Below are positions 11,594 to 21,722 of a DNA stretch of 64,000 nt, in pieces. The position numbers and the translations under genes were made by a program. Every line of letters starts with the position of its first letter. Positions within the stretch are counted from its first letter, which is position 1. Source of the stretch: Obrimoposthia wandeli (Eukaryota); assembly GCA_977020255.1 (NCBI GenBank), contig CDROCS010001500.1, positions 186,001 to 250,000 of the forward strand. The letters are read 5' to 3'. The notes beneath the pieces were generated by a model, which saw only the letters and a program-made list of their open reading frames with translations, was not told the DNA's origin and did no database searches.

Positions 11594-11987
11594 ATGAACA
11601 GATTGGCAAAAGTTTGTAAAAAATGCAAAAAATTAGAGAAAAAGATTCGAGATGTTTCCAGACAGCATGACGACTACTATATAAAGATCACAACTCAAAA
11701 TGAATCACTGAAACAGTTAATAAAACAAAGTGTGGAAGAAAAATTGAATAATGATTTAACAATTGACGAACTAGAAGGAGATTGACACATAGTTTGGCAG
11801 AATAGACTATTTAATACAACAAACTTTAAGTCAACGATCAACTATAGCCTCATTAAGAAGACAAATGATGACCTATAGCGACATGATAAACTTTATATGA
11901 CCATTAATCCTACTATCCCAACTAATACAACACTTGATGATGGATATGACTCGGATATGAACATTGGTGAACAAAATTCTGGTTAAA
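11594..11987 (+). pseudogene. Accessory ORF-B: small protein with CxxC and a coiled-coil-like segment
   Basis: ATG-initiated 63-aa ORF (VCKKCKKLEKKIRD...); the frame continues through isolated stops to ~11987. Confidence 0.3.
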
Positions 11988-12153
11988 CTATAACCATACA
12001 TCCTTCTTTTGTACAAATTGTCTAACTTTTGTTAATAAGTTTATTTTCATGACAAATCCCACATACTGCATGGATAAGACTGATATTTTTATAACTTTAA
12101 GACTGTGAAATAATTATATTATTTTATTCAACTAACAAATTGATTAAAGCAGA

Positions 12154-13323
12154 ATGGATAACAATCACCTGGATACGACTCCAGACCAGCTCACTCGGTC
12201 AGATCAAACAAAAAAGCACAGCAAAAATAGAAAGAGGAAAACGGAAAATATGCCAGAAAGGTGGTATTTAGCAAAATTCCTGTATCAAAAGATGCGTCAG
12301 TTTAGCATTGCATACTTTAGAAACAACGGAGGAAGAAAAATGTTTTCAAATCAAACATTTCTTCCCAATAAGTTAAAAATTACCACAGAAGAAAGAACAA
12401 GCGCACTTATTTTTTTCAATGAAAAAAGACCAACCCATATGGCTCTCAGCGAAATATTCCCAGATATTAATTGTGAAAAAATAGATATTCACGTGGCACT
12501 AGGAGTAGCCCATTTAAAAACCAAATCAGATAAGACATTAAACTTTCTGATGATAGGAAATCACACCTACACCTTACAAGCAGCTTAATTAGAAAATCAA
12601 TATAGCATAAAAATAGGAAGAGGACCAAATCTATTATTTATAGAAAAAATAAGAAAAGCAGAAGAACCTCAACAAATAGCCCTTTTTGAATTAAAAAACG
12701 CACAGAAACCAGCAATTTTATTCCTCGATTGCGAAATGGTGATATCAGTAGATAAACATCCAGTTTTAGCAAGTGTTTCTATTATAAATTTCATAGGTAA
12801 CGTAATTATAGATACACTGTGCGTAACTAGAGACAGAGTAAGAAATTACGTTACTAGAATAACTGGACTGTCAGATAGAAAGTTACAAGGATGTAGAGAT
12901 GCTGATGAAGTAATTGAGGAAGTAAAAAACATTGTGTATGGTAACATCATCGTAGGTGTGGGACTAACAAACGATTTAAAAGCTTTACGCCTACAGAAAT
13001 GGATGTTATTCAACATTGTTGATTTAGGAATATCCAAAAGCATAAAATCAGAACTAAATCACAATCACCCAAATATTGGACTCGCCAACATGGTGCGGAA
13101 ATACTTAAATATAGAAACACAAAAAGGAGTCCACACTAGCATGGAAGATGCAAATCACACCCGAAAAATTTTCATAATGAAGGAGGAAATGTTGAATAGA
13201 GAGTTTGATTTGACCGAGGTGATGAATCCACCATCTAGCGAGAACAACCCCAGTTCATCGTTCTCGCATAAGACCGGAAACTCGGAGTCCGGTACACAAA
13301 ACTCCCCGATTTTGTTGGATTAA
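12154..13323 (+). pseudogene. Accessory ORF-C (~390 codons, one internal TAA at 12586-12588) ending in a DEDDh 3'-5' exonuclease of the REX4/ISG20 type
   Basis: 12154-12588 and 12736-13323 are the same frame, separated by a single stop. ExoI LFLDCEMV, ExoII VGVGLTNDLKAL and ExoIII HTSMEDA are all intact. Confidence 0.9.
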
Positions 13324-13527
13324 GGTAGTATTGTTATTATTTTATTCTGTTTTCATTCTTGTCTAAATTTTTAACGATATTTAACCAGACATGATTTTGA
13401 TTAATAAAACATTGATCAGTTATAACATACAAACAACACTAGGTAACAATAGAAACAAGACAAAATAGTTTTACTAATAATTAAAAATTATAATTCTGAG
13501 GACAGAGACTTTTATGACCCGGAGGAT

Positions 13528-14665
13528 TGTTGGGAAAATATATTAGTTATTTGTTTAAAAAAGAAAATTAAAAAATAAAAAAATAAAAGGTAAAAAGGAA
13601 TTAATTAACTGAAAATTAATTGGGAACTTTCCTTAATTAGGGAAAAGTTCTGATTTTAAAATGTGTACTTTGGCATTTTGTCTAATCAATCCCCGACGGG
13701 AAAGCCTGCTCGCCCTACCGGGCTCATCAGGGAGATGGTTTATCCTGACTTCGCGGTGGATTCCGCGAAGCCAGAGATAACAATAATAAAGTCAGGGAAA
13801 AGAGGGAAAGATTCCCCCTTTCATGTGCCGACGAATATCGTCGACATGTGATGTTAGTGTGCGCAAGTGCACAATTCAACACACACACACACTCACTCAA
13901 CTTCCTTACTCACTCACAACTCACTCAACATTAACACTCACATACTCACTTACATACTCATCTCACTACTCACTCACAGCTAAAATGTGTTTATTTGTGT
14001 ATGTGTGTTGATTTTGTTTTTTTCAGTTGTTGGAGTGTGGACATGCCGGATTTTTAGTCAATGGGCAGCGTTTTTGTGCCATTGCATTGGCACAGATTAC
14101 CAGTGGCAGGCAGAGATTATGCACAAGTAACAAGAACAGTATGTGTGCAGCAGTTAGATATTTAAGCTGCACACTACTTGTGACTTTTCAGAATCAAAAA
14201 ATTATCTTACAGAAAACGAAATTTGAATTCCCAAAAATTTTAACAATCAATTTTACCAATTGTGGAACTGATATATTGAAAATTTAACAATTAATTTTAC
14301 CAATTGTGGAACTGATATATTGAAAATTTAACAATTAATTTTATCAATTGTGGAACTGATATATTGAAAATTTAACAATCAATTTTACCAATTGTGGAAC
14401 TGATATATTGAAATTTTACCTATTGTGGAACTGATATATTGAAAATTTAACAATTAATTTTACCAATTGTGGAACTGATATATTGAAAATTTAACAATCA
14501 ATTTTACCAATTGTGGAACTGATATATTGAAAATTTAACAATTAATTTTACCAATTGTGGAACTGATATATTGAAAATTTAACAATCAATTTTACCAATT
14601 GTGGAACTGATATTGAAGTTGATATATTGAATAAATATTATTTACTATTGTGGACTTTTATAACA
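13528..14665 (+). repeat. 3' LTR of element 1 (1138 bp)
   Basis: Preceded by purine-rich GGAGGA (PPT-like). Same termini as the 5' LTR, with fewer copies of the 44-bp unit (~14239-14615). Confidence 0.95.
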
Positions 14666-14899
14666 AATACAAAATTGTATATTTAGATAAAATTTAATTA
14701 ATATTACTTAGTGATTTCACAATACTTTGAATTTTAAGAATATAGAACATTTTAAAATTATATATTTATAGTACTGAGTTTCCTAGGTCTTACCTTTTAC
14801 TAGAGAATATATATTAATAACTACATATTGATTATATGATTATTGTATATTGATTATATGAGACCATTAGAACCCATTAACATATCACGAAGTTTTAAG

Positions 14900-16250
14900 A
14901 AGAAACTGTTTTTGAATGAAACATATAAGAACTCATTTCGAACTTTTAAAAGAATTCATAACATCACTAAGTTTGGTTTATCTTGATTTTAGGAAAGATT
15001 TTTTATTAGACAAATATGCAAGTTTTGTTATACATCAAGCAGATGATTTGAGTTATAAAATAGTAATACCTTATAAATCCTCAGGAAATAAGTTACTGTA
15101 TCAGAAAAGAAATCCTGACCATTGTACATTTAACGGATATTTTTCTCGCTATATGTATTTAAAAAGATTTCCAATATGAACTGATAATTAAAGCTATAGC
15201 TTTCATGCTTAAAACTAAAAAGCCAAATACACCTCAATTTCAAATGTCATGGTAGTCTTATTAGTAATCTTGATATGATTTTAGAGTACAGAAATGTGAA
15301 ACCCACTCGAATACTGATGTGTTGGGAATATCTTTTAAATATTTATTGAAAAAATAAAGATATAAAAATTAAGAAAAAATGGGAATTAATTAATTAATTA
15401 ATTAATATCTTTCCTTAAATAGGGAAAAGTTCTAGTTAAATAAAATATGCACTTTGGCATTTTGGTTTTGGAGTGATCAATCTCCGACAGGAAAAAAGCC
15501 TGTTTCGCCCTGCCGGGCTCTTCAGGGAGATGGCTTGTTATCTCTGACTTCTTGGTGGATTCCGCGAAGCCAGAGATAACGATGGTGAAGGTTAAGAAGT
15601 CAGAGATAAGGAGGGAAGATTTTCCATTTTCATATACCGACGAAGATCGTCGACATGTGGTATTGGTGTGCGGAAGTGCACAATTCAACACACACACAGC
15701 AGACATTGCATACACCTACTCACTCACTCACTAGTACTCAAATCTTTCTAACTCACTCTTGCTCATTCACTATGGATGGAGTATATGTGTGTATCTGTTT
15801 TTATGCATTTTCCGCCTGTCCAGAGTTCGACAGATGGTGGAATTTCCCGGCTGCACATGTGCCTGTGTGCAGAGCCGGGAAATATCAATTTTCTCCCTCT
15901 CTCCTTTCCAATCCCCCCTGTCTGTATGTGCGTGAGCCAGGAAATCCAATTCAGGGACCTTCTCTCAATAGCAGAAACAGCAGTCCCCTCTCTACGAGAT
16001 TGCCACTCTCCACATCGCTGACCGCTGCCTCTGTAACTCGTTTTCTCTCTTTTCTCCTCATTCCATTTCCTTATAAAAACAATTTCATTATGCAGTGATT
16101 TTAATTGATTCAGAAACATTTATTATTCAATAATTCGGAACAATTTCATCATTCAGAAACAATATATTATCCAATTTAGAGCTCCTTGTTTTTTTGTTTT
16201 CAAATCAAACATTAACAGATGCACTTTCCAGAAGTAAATGTGGAACTTGT
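14900..16250 (+). pseudogene. pol: Old gypsy RT-connection/RNase H remnant, interrupted by the solo LTR
   Basis: FELLKEFITSLSLVYLDFRKDFLLDKYASF resembles FxLLKEKLTTAPIL.FP....F..DTDAS. Joining across the solo LTR gives ...HSNTD|ALSRSKC, the NADALSR end of RNase H. Confidence 0.6.
15320..16217 (+). mobile_element. Solo LTR of a subfamily related to element 1
   Basis: TGTTGGG...ATTAACA termini with perfect 4-bp TSD GATG (15316-15319 and 16218-16221); the first ~400 bp align with the element 1 LTRs. Confidence 0.88.
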
Positions 16251-16307
16251 GTTTAATGTAAAACTAATCATGAGTAGGTGGATGTGTCCGGTCTAATCCA
16301 CATCCCT

Positions 16308-16394
16308 CCCCCCACTGTTCTTTAAAACCGTGCATGTGTGTGGAGTGAAATTTCACTCCACACACATGCACAATTTTAAAGGACAGTAGGGGGG
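16308..16394. repeat. ~87-bp near-perfect palindrome centred at 16350/16351
   Basis: GTGCATGTGTGTGGAGTGAAA|TTTCACTCCACACACATGCAC is a perfect 42-bp palindrome, extended by CCCCCCACTGTTCTTTAAAA / TTTTAAAGGACAGTAGGGGGG. Confidence 0.95.
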
Positions 16395-16414
16395 TCCATA
16401 AAAGAGGTGAAGAG

Positions 16415-17470
16415 TTGAATAAGTTGATGACAGATTTGGCTACTGTTGATACAGTTTCATCAGACATCAGCTATTTGGTTGAGGTTGACTTATCAATCCC
16501 TTGCAATATGCATGATAAATTAGATGATCTTCCAGTAGCACCTGTTCATCGATGCCCACCTAATTCAAAGGTTAAGAAATTATTGTTAACACATGAAAAC
16601 AAGTTGAATTATGTTGTGCATTGGCGGCTTCTTCAATTCTACTTAAAGTTGGGAGCGAAAGTTACTCGAATTTATCGTGCTATAAGCTTCAGTCAAAACT
16701 TTGTGTTTAAAGACTATATTGAGAAGAATTCTAGAAAACGTAATTTGGCCACTAGCAAATTCGATCGAGATTTTTACAAGTTAAAAAGTAATAGTCTCTT
16801 TGGAAAAACTGGAGAGGACTTGCGGAAACGTATTTGTCTACGGTTTTACAATGATGAGCGTAAACTAATAACATATACTAACAAGTACAACTTCAAGCGT
16901 AGTTTTACAATTGCAGATGACTTGGTAGCAGTGTTATTAGGAAAACAGAGTATTTGTCTCGATCGACCGAGTTATATAGGTCAAACGGTTTTAGACATTT
17001 CTAAACTCAGAATGTACGAGCTTCAATACATAGAATTAGAGAAATATCGACAAGTATTCAATTGTGAGATCAAAATCGCAGCTGGGCACACTGACTCTTT
17101 CTTTTTAGAATGTAGGAATGTTAGTTTAAATAATCAATTATTACCGGCAATGTTTAGGGACAACTTACTAGATACCCATAAATATCCCGCTAACCATCCT
17201 CTACACTCTATGAGTTTAAAAGACATTATCGGGAAATTTAAGGATGAAAGCGAGGGACAGGTTTCGTATGATGATTGTATATTCCTACGCCCTAAATGCT
17301 ACAGTTTACATGCATCTAATAATACATGTTCAATGAGAGCTAAAGGTGTGGGAAGAAACAATATTATACATGAGGCCAACCGGAAAGTTTATGATACTGG
17401 GTGTATTGAATACTATAATATGACAGTTATGTTTTTATTGATTTGTATTTCTGAATCAAACACTCCGTAA
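16415..17470 (+). pseudogene. polB: Protein-primed family B DNA polymerase, C-terminal half only
   Basis: YLVEVDLSIP...LHD...PVAP; KLKSNSLFGK (motif B, KxxxNSxYGK-like); YIGQTVLDISK; AGHTDSF (motif C, YxDTDS-like, altered); GKFKDE; LRPKCY; RAKGV. Confidence 0.92.
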
Positions 17471-18641
17471 ATAAGCACCGTAGTAGGATTAATTAAAGCT
17501 GCATTGAACTTAATTTCTAGTCGTACATTTCCATCCTTTGGTAGTTGGCATTGGTTTATATCAAAGTCTGGTGCCAAAACAAAGGTGAAGAACGGGCAGC
17601 TATTTTTAAACTCAGTGAAAGAAATACCATTGTTTATATTTTTATCTAGTTGGCCCAAATTCCGAATAATATATTGCGTATAAGCCAAAGCATAAGCGTT
17701 ACCTTCGAAATCTGTTTTATATGTTTCGCGATAATCAGTATTTCTTGAAAGTGTCACTGAACCTACATTAAGATTGTCAAATTGAGTTGCATATGTCGTA
17801 TAATTTCCTAGATACTTTGCAGTTTTTGAAAATAAATTAAAATGAATTTCGGTAATCTTACATCACCAAAAATTTGATCCTTATTAAAAGCTTGTGTACC
17901 CGTACCTAAAAAGTAGGATATAAGTTTAGTTTCTCTAATAGGATAACAAGCATTGTTTTTTTCCATTCCTATATTATGTACCATTAAAACTGATTGCTCC
18001 ATTTTAACTCTTCAGGCATACAATTTTGCATCCAAAATATCAAGTCTAGGTTTTAGAATGTCTGTGCTTATCAAAGAAAAATTCCATTTATTACGTTTCA
18101 AACGAAGATGTACATTAACACCAAGAATTAAATATTTCGGTTGTTCAAAGAAATTCAATATCAAAGACCTACACATTTCGTAAGCTTTAGAACCCGCAAT
18201 CCATTCTTTGCGAGTTGCAACCGTTTTATCATAACCAATGGTTGCCAAATTAGTATTTTGAGTATCAGTACTATAATTCAAAAGACTTTCAATCAAAGCT
18301 TTATGAGCATAGGAAGAATTTCCACCTTCAATTTTGACATTATTAAGAGTAACAATGGCATCATTAAATAAAGAATTAAAGAGATAATTTACAGGTGTTA
18401 CATCGGCATTTTCCTCTAAATTAGTACCATCCCGAATTAATACTTTTATTTGAACATAAAGCAAAGTTTCATTCAAATCTAAATATTCACTATTGGAACC
18501 ATTAATATTAAATTCTAAATTGGTTAAAGTGGTTCCTGAAACTGAGTTAACTAGAAATCTTTCTTCAAAGGAAGCATTATCTACAACTACTTGTGGAAGT
18601 GGTTTATCAAAAATACACAATTCAGTTTTGGCGCAACTCAT
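17413..18641 (-). pseudogene. Polinton major capsid protein (double jelly-roll), split over three frames
   Basis: N-terminus SCAKTELCIFDKPLPQ resembles CxKSELDLF..PPTQ of Polinton/adintovirus hexons; YLDLNETLLYVQIK; C-terminal FTFVLAPD...GNVRLEIKF. Confidence 0.88.
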
Positions 18642-19015
18642 TTTGCAAATATTGTTTCTTCAACTTTCTTACGTTTGTTTATATTAATTTTTTGCTTCTT
18701 TTTCAGTTTAAATCCACTACCTCCCTTGCTTTTATTTGATTTACCTTTTCTAATCAAATTAGCAACTTCAGGTAAAACATTATCAAGTTCATCAAGTGCA
18801 TGCTTCTTAAAAGTTGGTATTAGTTTATTGTCCTTAGATGAAAGGTAATCCTTTCCTAATTTTGATATAAACCGCCCAAGTCTCTTTAAAAAAGGAAAAG
18901 CAAATCTACCTAATGTTCTAAGCCAGCCAGATCCGTATTGTTTACCAACAAAATATGGTAATTCTCCACCTTGTTGGCTTTGACTATAAGCTTCAATTAT
19001 TGCTGGATTCGCCAT
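18638..19015 (-). CDS. Basic virion core-type protein with protease-cleavage-like GG motifs
   Basis: QQGG, QYGSG-WLRTLGRFAFPFLKRLG, KGGSG and a Lys-rich tail; its stop overlaps the MCP start. Confidence 0.7.
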   Translation of the reverse strand: MANPAIIEAYSQSQQGGELPYFVGKQYGSGWLRTLGRFAFPFLKRLGRFISKLGKDYLSSKDNKLIPTFKKHALDELDNVLPEVANLIRKGKSNKSKGGSGFKLKKKQKININKRKKVEETIFAK

Positions 19016-20057
19016 TTTGTTTTCTTAAATGTATTGTTAAACTTGTCTTGGTCCCGTACGTGAAATCTATTAGTTGTCCAGAATCATATCTAATATTTAC
19101 TTCAATATTGTTTATAGAAAAGAGAGCAACTGGAAGATACATTGGTTGATCTATACACATACCGACAGCGTCCACATCTCTAGTTTCATTTTTAGATATC
19201 CATATTGTTCTCAAAATTGGAACTCGTTGTCCTCCTACAAGCGTTGGTTCTATTAAATTAGTATAAATATATAAATAATTAACAGCATTTAAAGGTTTTG
19301 CCTTATTTTTAGCTTTTATGGTTTTTATTGTATGGGTTTCAAAGGTATTTCTGTTTAAACCAAAGTTTTTAGCGAGTTTATCATCAAATGAAACACGTTT
19401 TATATTGCTCTTTACTGTAAACGTTAATTTACCATTTTTTTAATGTTACACATTTATCGAAATATTCACTACATTCGTTCTGTATTAATTTACAGAAATT
19501 CAATTCACTATCTAATTTATAATCTTTTGAAAACATTTTCAGTTCCACTACATACTTTGGTCTCGTTTCAACTAAAAACACTTTTGTTATTCTATCAGGA
19601 ACATTTTTAAACGATTTAGATGACGCTATATCAGATCTTTTCATACCTACTACATGTCCACTGTCAAAACCGAATTGAAGAGCTTCTCTGTCAGATCCAA
19701 ATATAATTTGAATAGGTTTTAAAAAATGTTTTAGTCCATTTTTAAATCTGACTTTGTTTTTTTCATATATTACTTTCACTTCTTTATCTATACACTTGTA
19801 ATAGAACTTTCCTTTACTATCAAACCCTATCACAACTTCAATTGCTTTTTATGATCATCTTCTTTTGTAAACGAAATATGTGAGATTTTTCTGATAGTAA
19901 TTGGAGAATAATAAAAAGAAAATTATGTTAAAGCCACTTCTCATTCTCCTTGGAGATTTATAGGATTTTCCCAATCGATAATAAAGCTACTAGCGTAATT
20001 ATCTGGTTGAGGCTTCGGACATCCGTTACTGGGTAAAACCATATACATAGACTTCAT
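18993..20057 (-). pseudogene. Polinton minor capsid protein (penton), with stops and frameshifts
   Basis: N-terminus MYMVLPSN...PDNYASSF...PINLQGE*EVAL; C-terminus YIYTNLIEPTLVGGQRVPILRTI...YLPV...IEVNIRYDSGQLIDF...LTIHLRK. Confidence 0.85.
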
Positions 20058-20094
20058 ATTACCTAACGTTAGATGCTTTTCGAACTATCCTTTT

Positions 20095-21180
20095 TTAAGA
20101 ACATGGAATTTTTTGAAAAGATGTAGAGGTCTGAACATAACCATGCCATTTACCAAAGTATTGTTTATGTTTACCTGTACCCTTAGATTTTAATATTTTT
20201 TGAATACGGAAAACGCTAGGTTTATTTGATATTACTTGTAGTTCTTCCTCGTAAAATTTACCGTGGACAATAGTATTGTCAGCATCTTTAATAGTATACA
20301 TAATTTGATTACTCTTTTGATCAATTTTACTTATACAAAATATTTCATCGCTCCAATTCTGATCAACGTTTTTAATAAATGGGGTAGAGTTAATTTTCGA
20401 AATTCGAACATATTCGTTTTTCTTATATTTAGCTCTTTTAATATTTTCTTTTTTATTCCTGTCCATCCAAATGTCCATAGAGTTTTTATTAGTAACATCA
20501 ACAGGTCTCATTCCCTTGAGACCTCTATGTTCCGAGTGATTATAGACATGTATTATTTTAGGTAAAACTTGGATCCATTTTTTATTTCCTTCTTTTGTGA
20601 AATACTTTTTTATTCGATCTCTTAAAGTACGATTAAATCTTTCTACTACTGCTGCTTTGTACTGTGAAAACACAGAGTAATGATTTATATTATTTTGTTT
20701 AAATAATGATAGAACTTGCTTATTATAAAATTCTTTTCCTAAATCAGTTTGCACATTTTGTGGAATGTCCTCTTTTAATATTTCTTTAATGGCTTCAAGC
20801 ATAGCTATTGAAGACTTTGCTTTAACGGGAATTGCACGAGCAAACCTGCTAAATACATCAATACATGTTAAAATATATCGATATCCCTTATTAATTGAAG
20901 AATATGGGATCATCTCCATCAAATCCATTTGCTATAAATTATTAGGACCGCTGGTTTTGTAAGCTCTAGTTGGAAACCTTATTCTCATCGGCTTGTTCAG
21001 ACTGTAGGCTAACTGGTTGCTCAAACATTTCTGCGTTTTCTTGTAATTTTGTTTTGTTCTTTTTGCTAATTTTGAAACTCCTGTGTAGCCAATCGGATCT
21101 TTTGGATTGAACCATATCTTCTCCATTACAAAAATTTTAATAGAAAGAAAATTTGAATTTAGGTAAAGAAGGGTTAGCAC
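20095..21180 (-). pseudogene. int: Retroviral-type (rve) integrase with C-terminal chromodomain; one premature TAG in place of a Trp
   Basis: NNL*QMDL, CIDVFSRF, QTDLGKEF and VERFNRTL (DDE core); chromodomain-like FRIQKILKSKGTGKHKQYFGKWHGY. The two track ORFs are in the same frame. Confidence 0.93.
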
Positions 21181-21212
21181 CCATATCTTTAACTGATTTT
21201 ATAAATAATTGT

Positions 21213-21560
21213 TTATGAACGTGTCGCAGCTATAATACTACTCATAATTGAAGCAACAACTGGAATAACAGCCCCTATGAAACCACCATTCTGTTTAAGA
21301 ATAATATTTCGTTTCCTTTTTTTACTTTTTACATTAGCAATATATAGAAGAGTTTTTTTATATTTCTTTAATACATTTTTCCGTTTTCCAACTTTTACTC
21401 TACATAAAACTATATTATACAAAACTTCCAATATATAATCTACAACACAAGATGGAAATGCTTTAAGAATAATCATTCTCTTATGAGAAGAGGCTTTGAC
21501 TAAAGCTTTAAAATAGGGTATGCTTCTTTGTATTTTCTTCATTTTAATAAAAAGGTTCAA
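21213..21560 (-). CDS. Small Polinton virion protein ending in QNGG|FIGAVIPVVASIMSSII (candidate protease-released amphipathic peptide)
   Basis: Intact 115-aa ORF: basic body, then a GG cleavage-like motif, then a hydrophobic/amphipathic C-terminal helix. Confidence 0.65.
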   Translation of the reverse strand: MNLFIKMKKIQRSIPYFKALVKASSHKRMIILKAFPSCVVDYILEVLYNIVLCRVKVGKRKNVLKKYKKTLLYIANVKSKKRKRNIILKQNGGFIGAVIPVVASIMSSIIAATRS

Positions 21561-21722
21561 TTTGAATATTGTTTATATTCGAAGCCATTTACGTTTTTCC
21601 TTTATTTCTAACTACAGATTTGATTAATTTTTTCACTTCTTTTTTCTTAATGATTCTATTTTTTTGATTTCTTAGGCTTTGCTTTACGTTTTACTATCAA
21701 CTTCGTAAAAGGCATTGCGAAT

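Larger units (their letters stand above)
503..14665 (+). mobile_element. Full-length Ty3/gypsy LTR retrotransposon (endogenous-virus-like) with gag-env-pol order and 3' accessory ORFs
   Basis: Two direct LTRs starting TGTT and ending AACA; 4-bp TSD AATA (499-502 and 14666-14669); PBS-like TGG right after the 5' LTR; PR-RT-RH-IN order typical of Ty3/gypsy. Confidence 0.95.
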
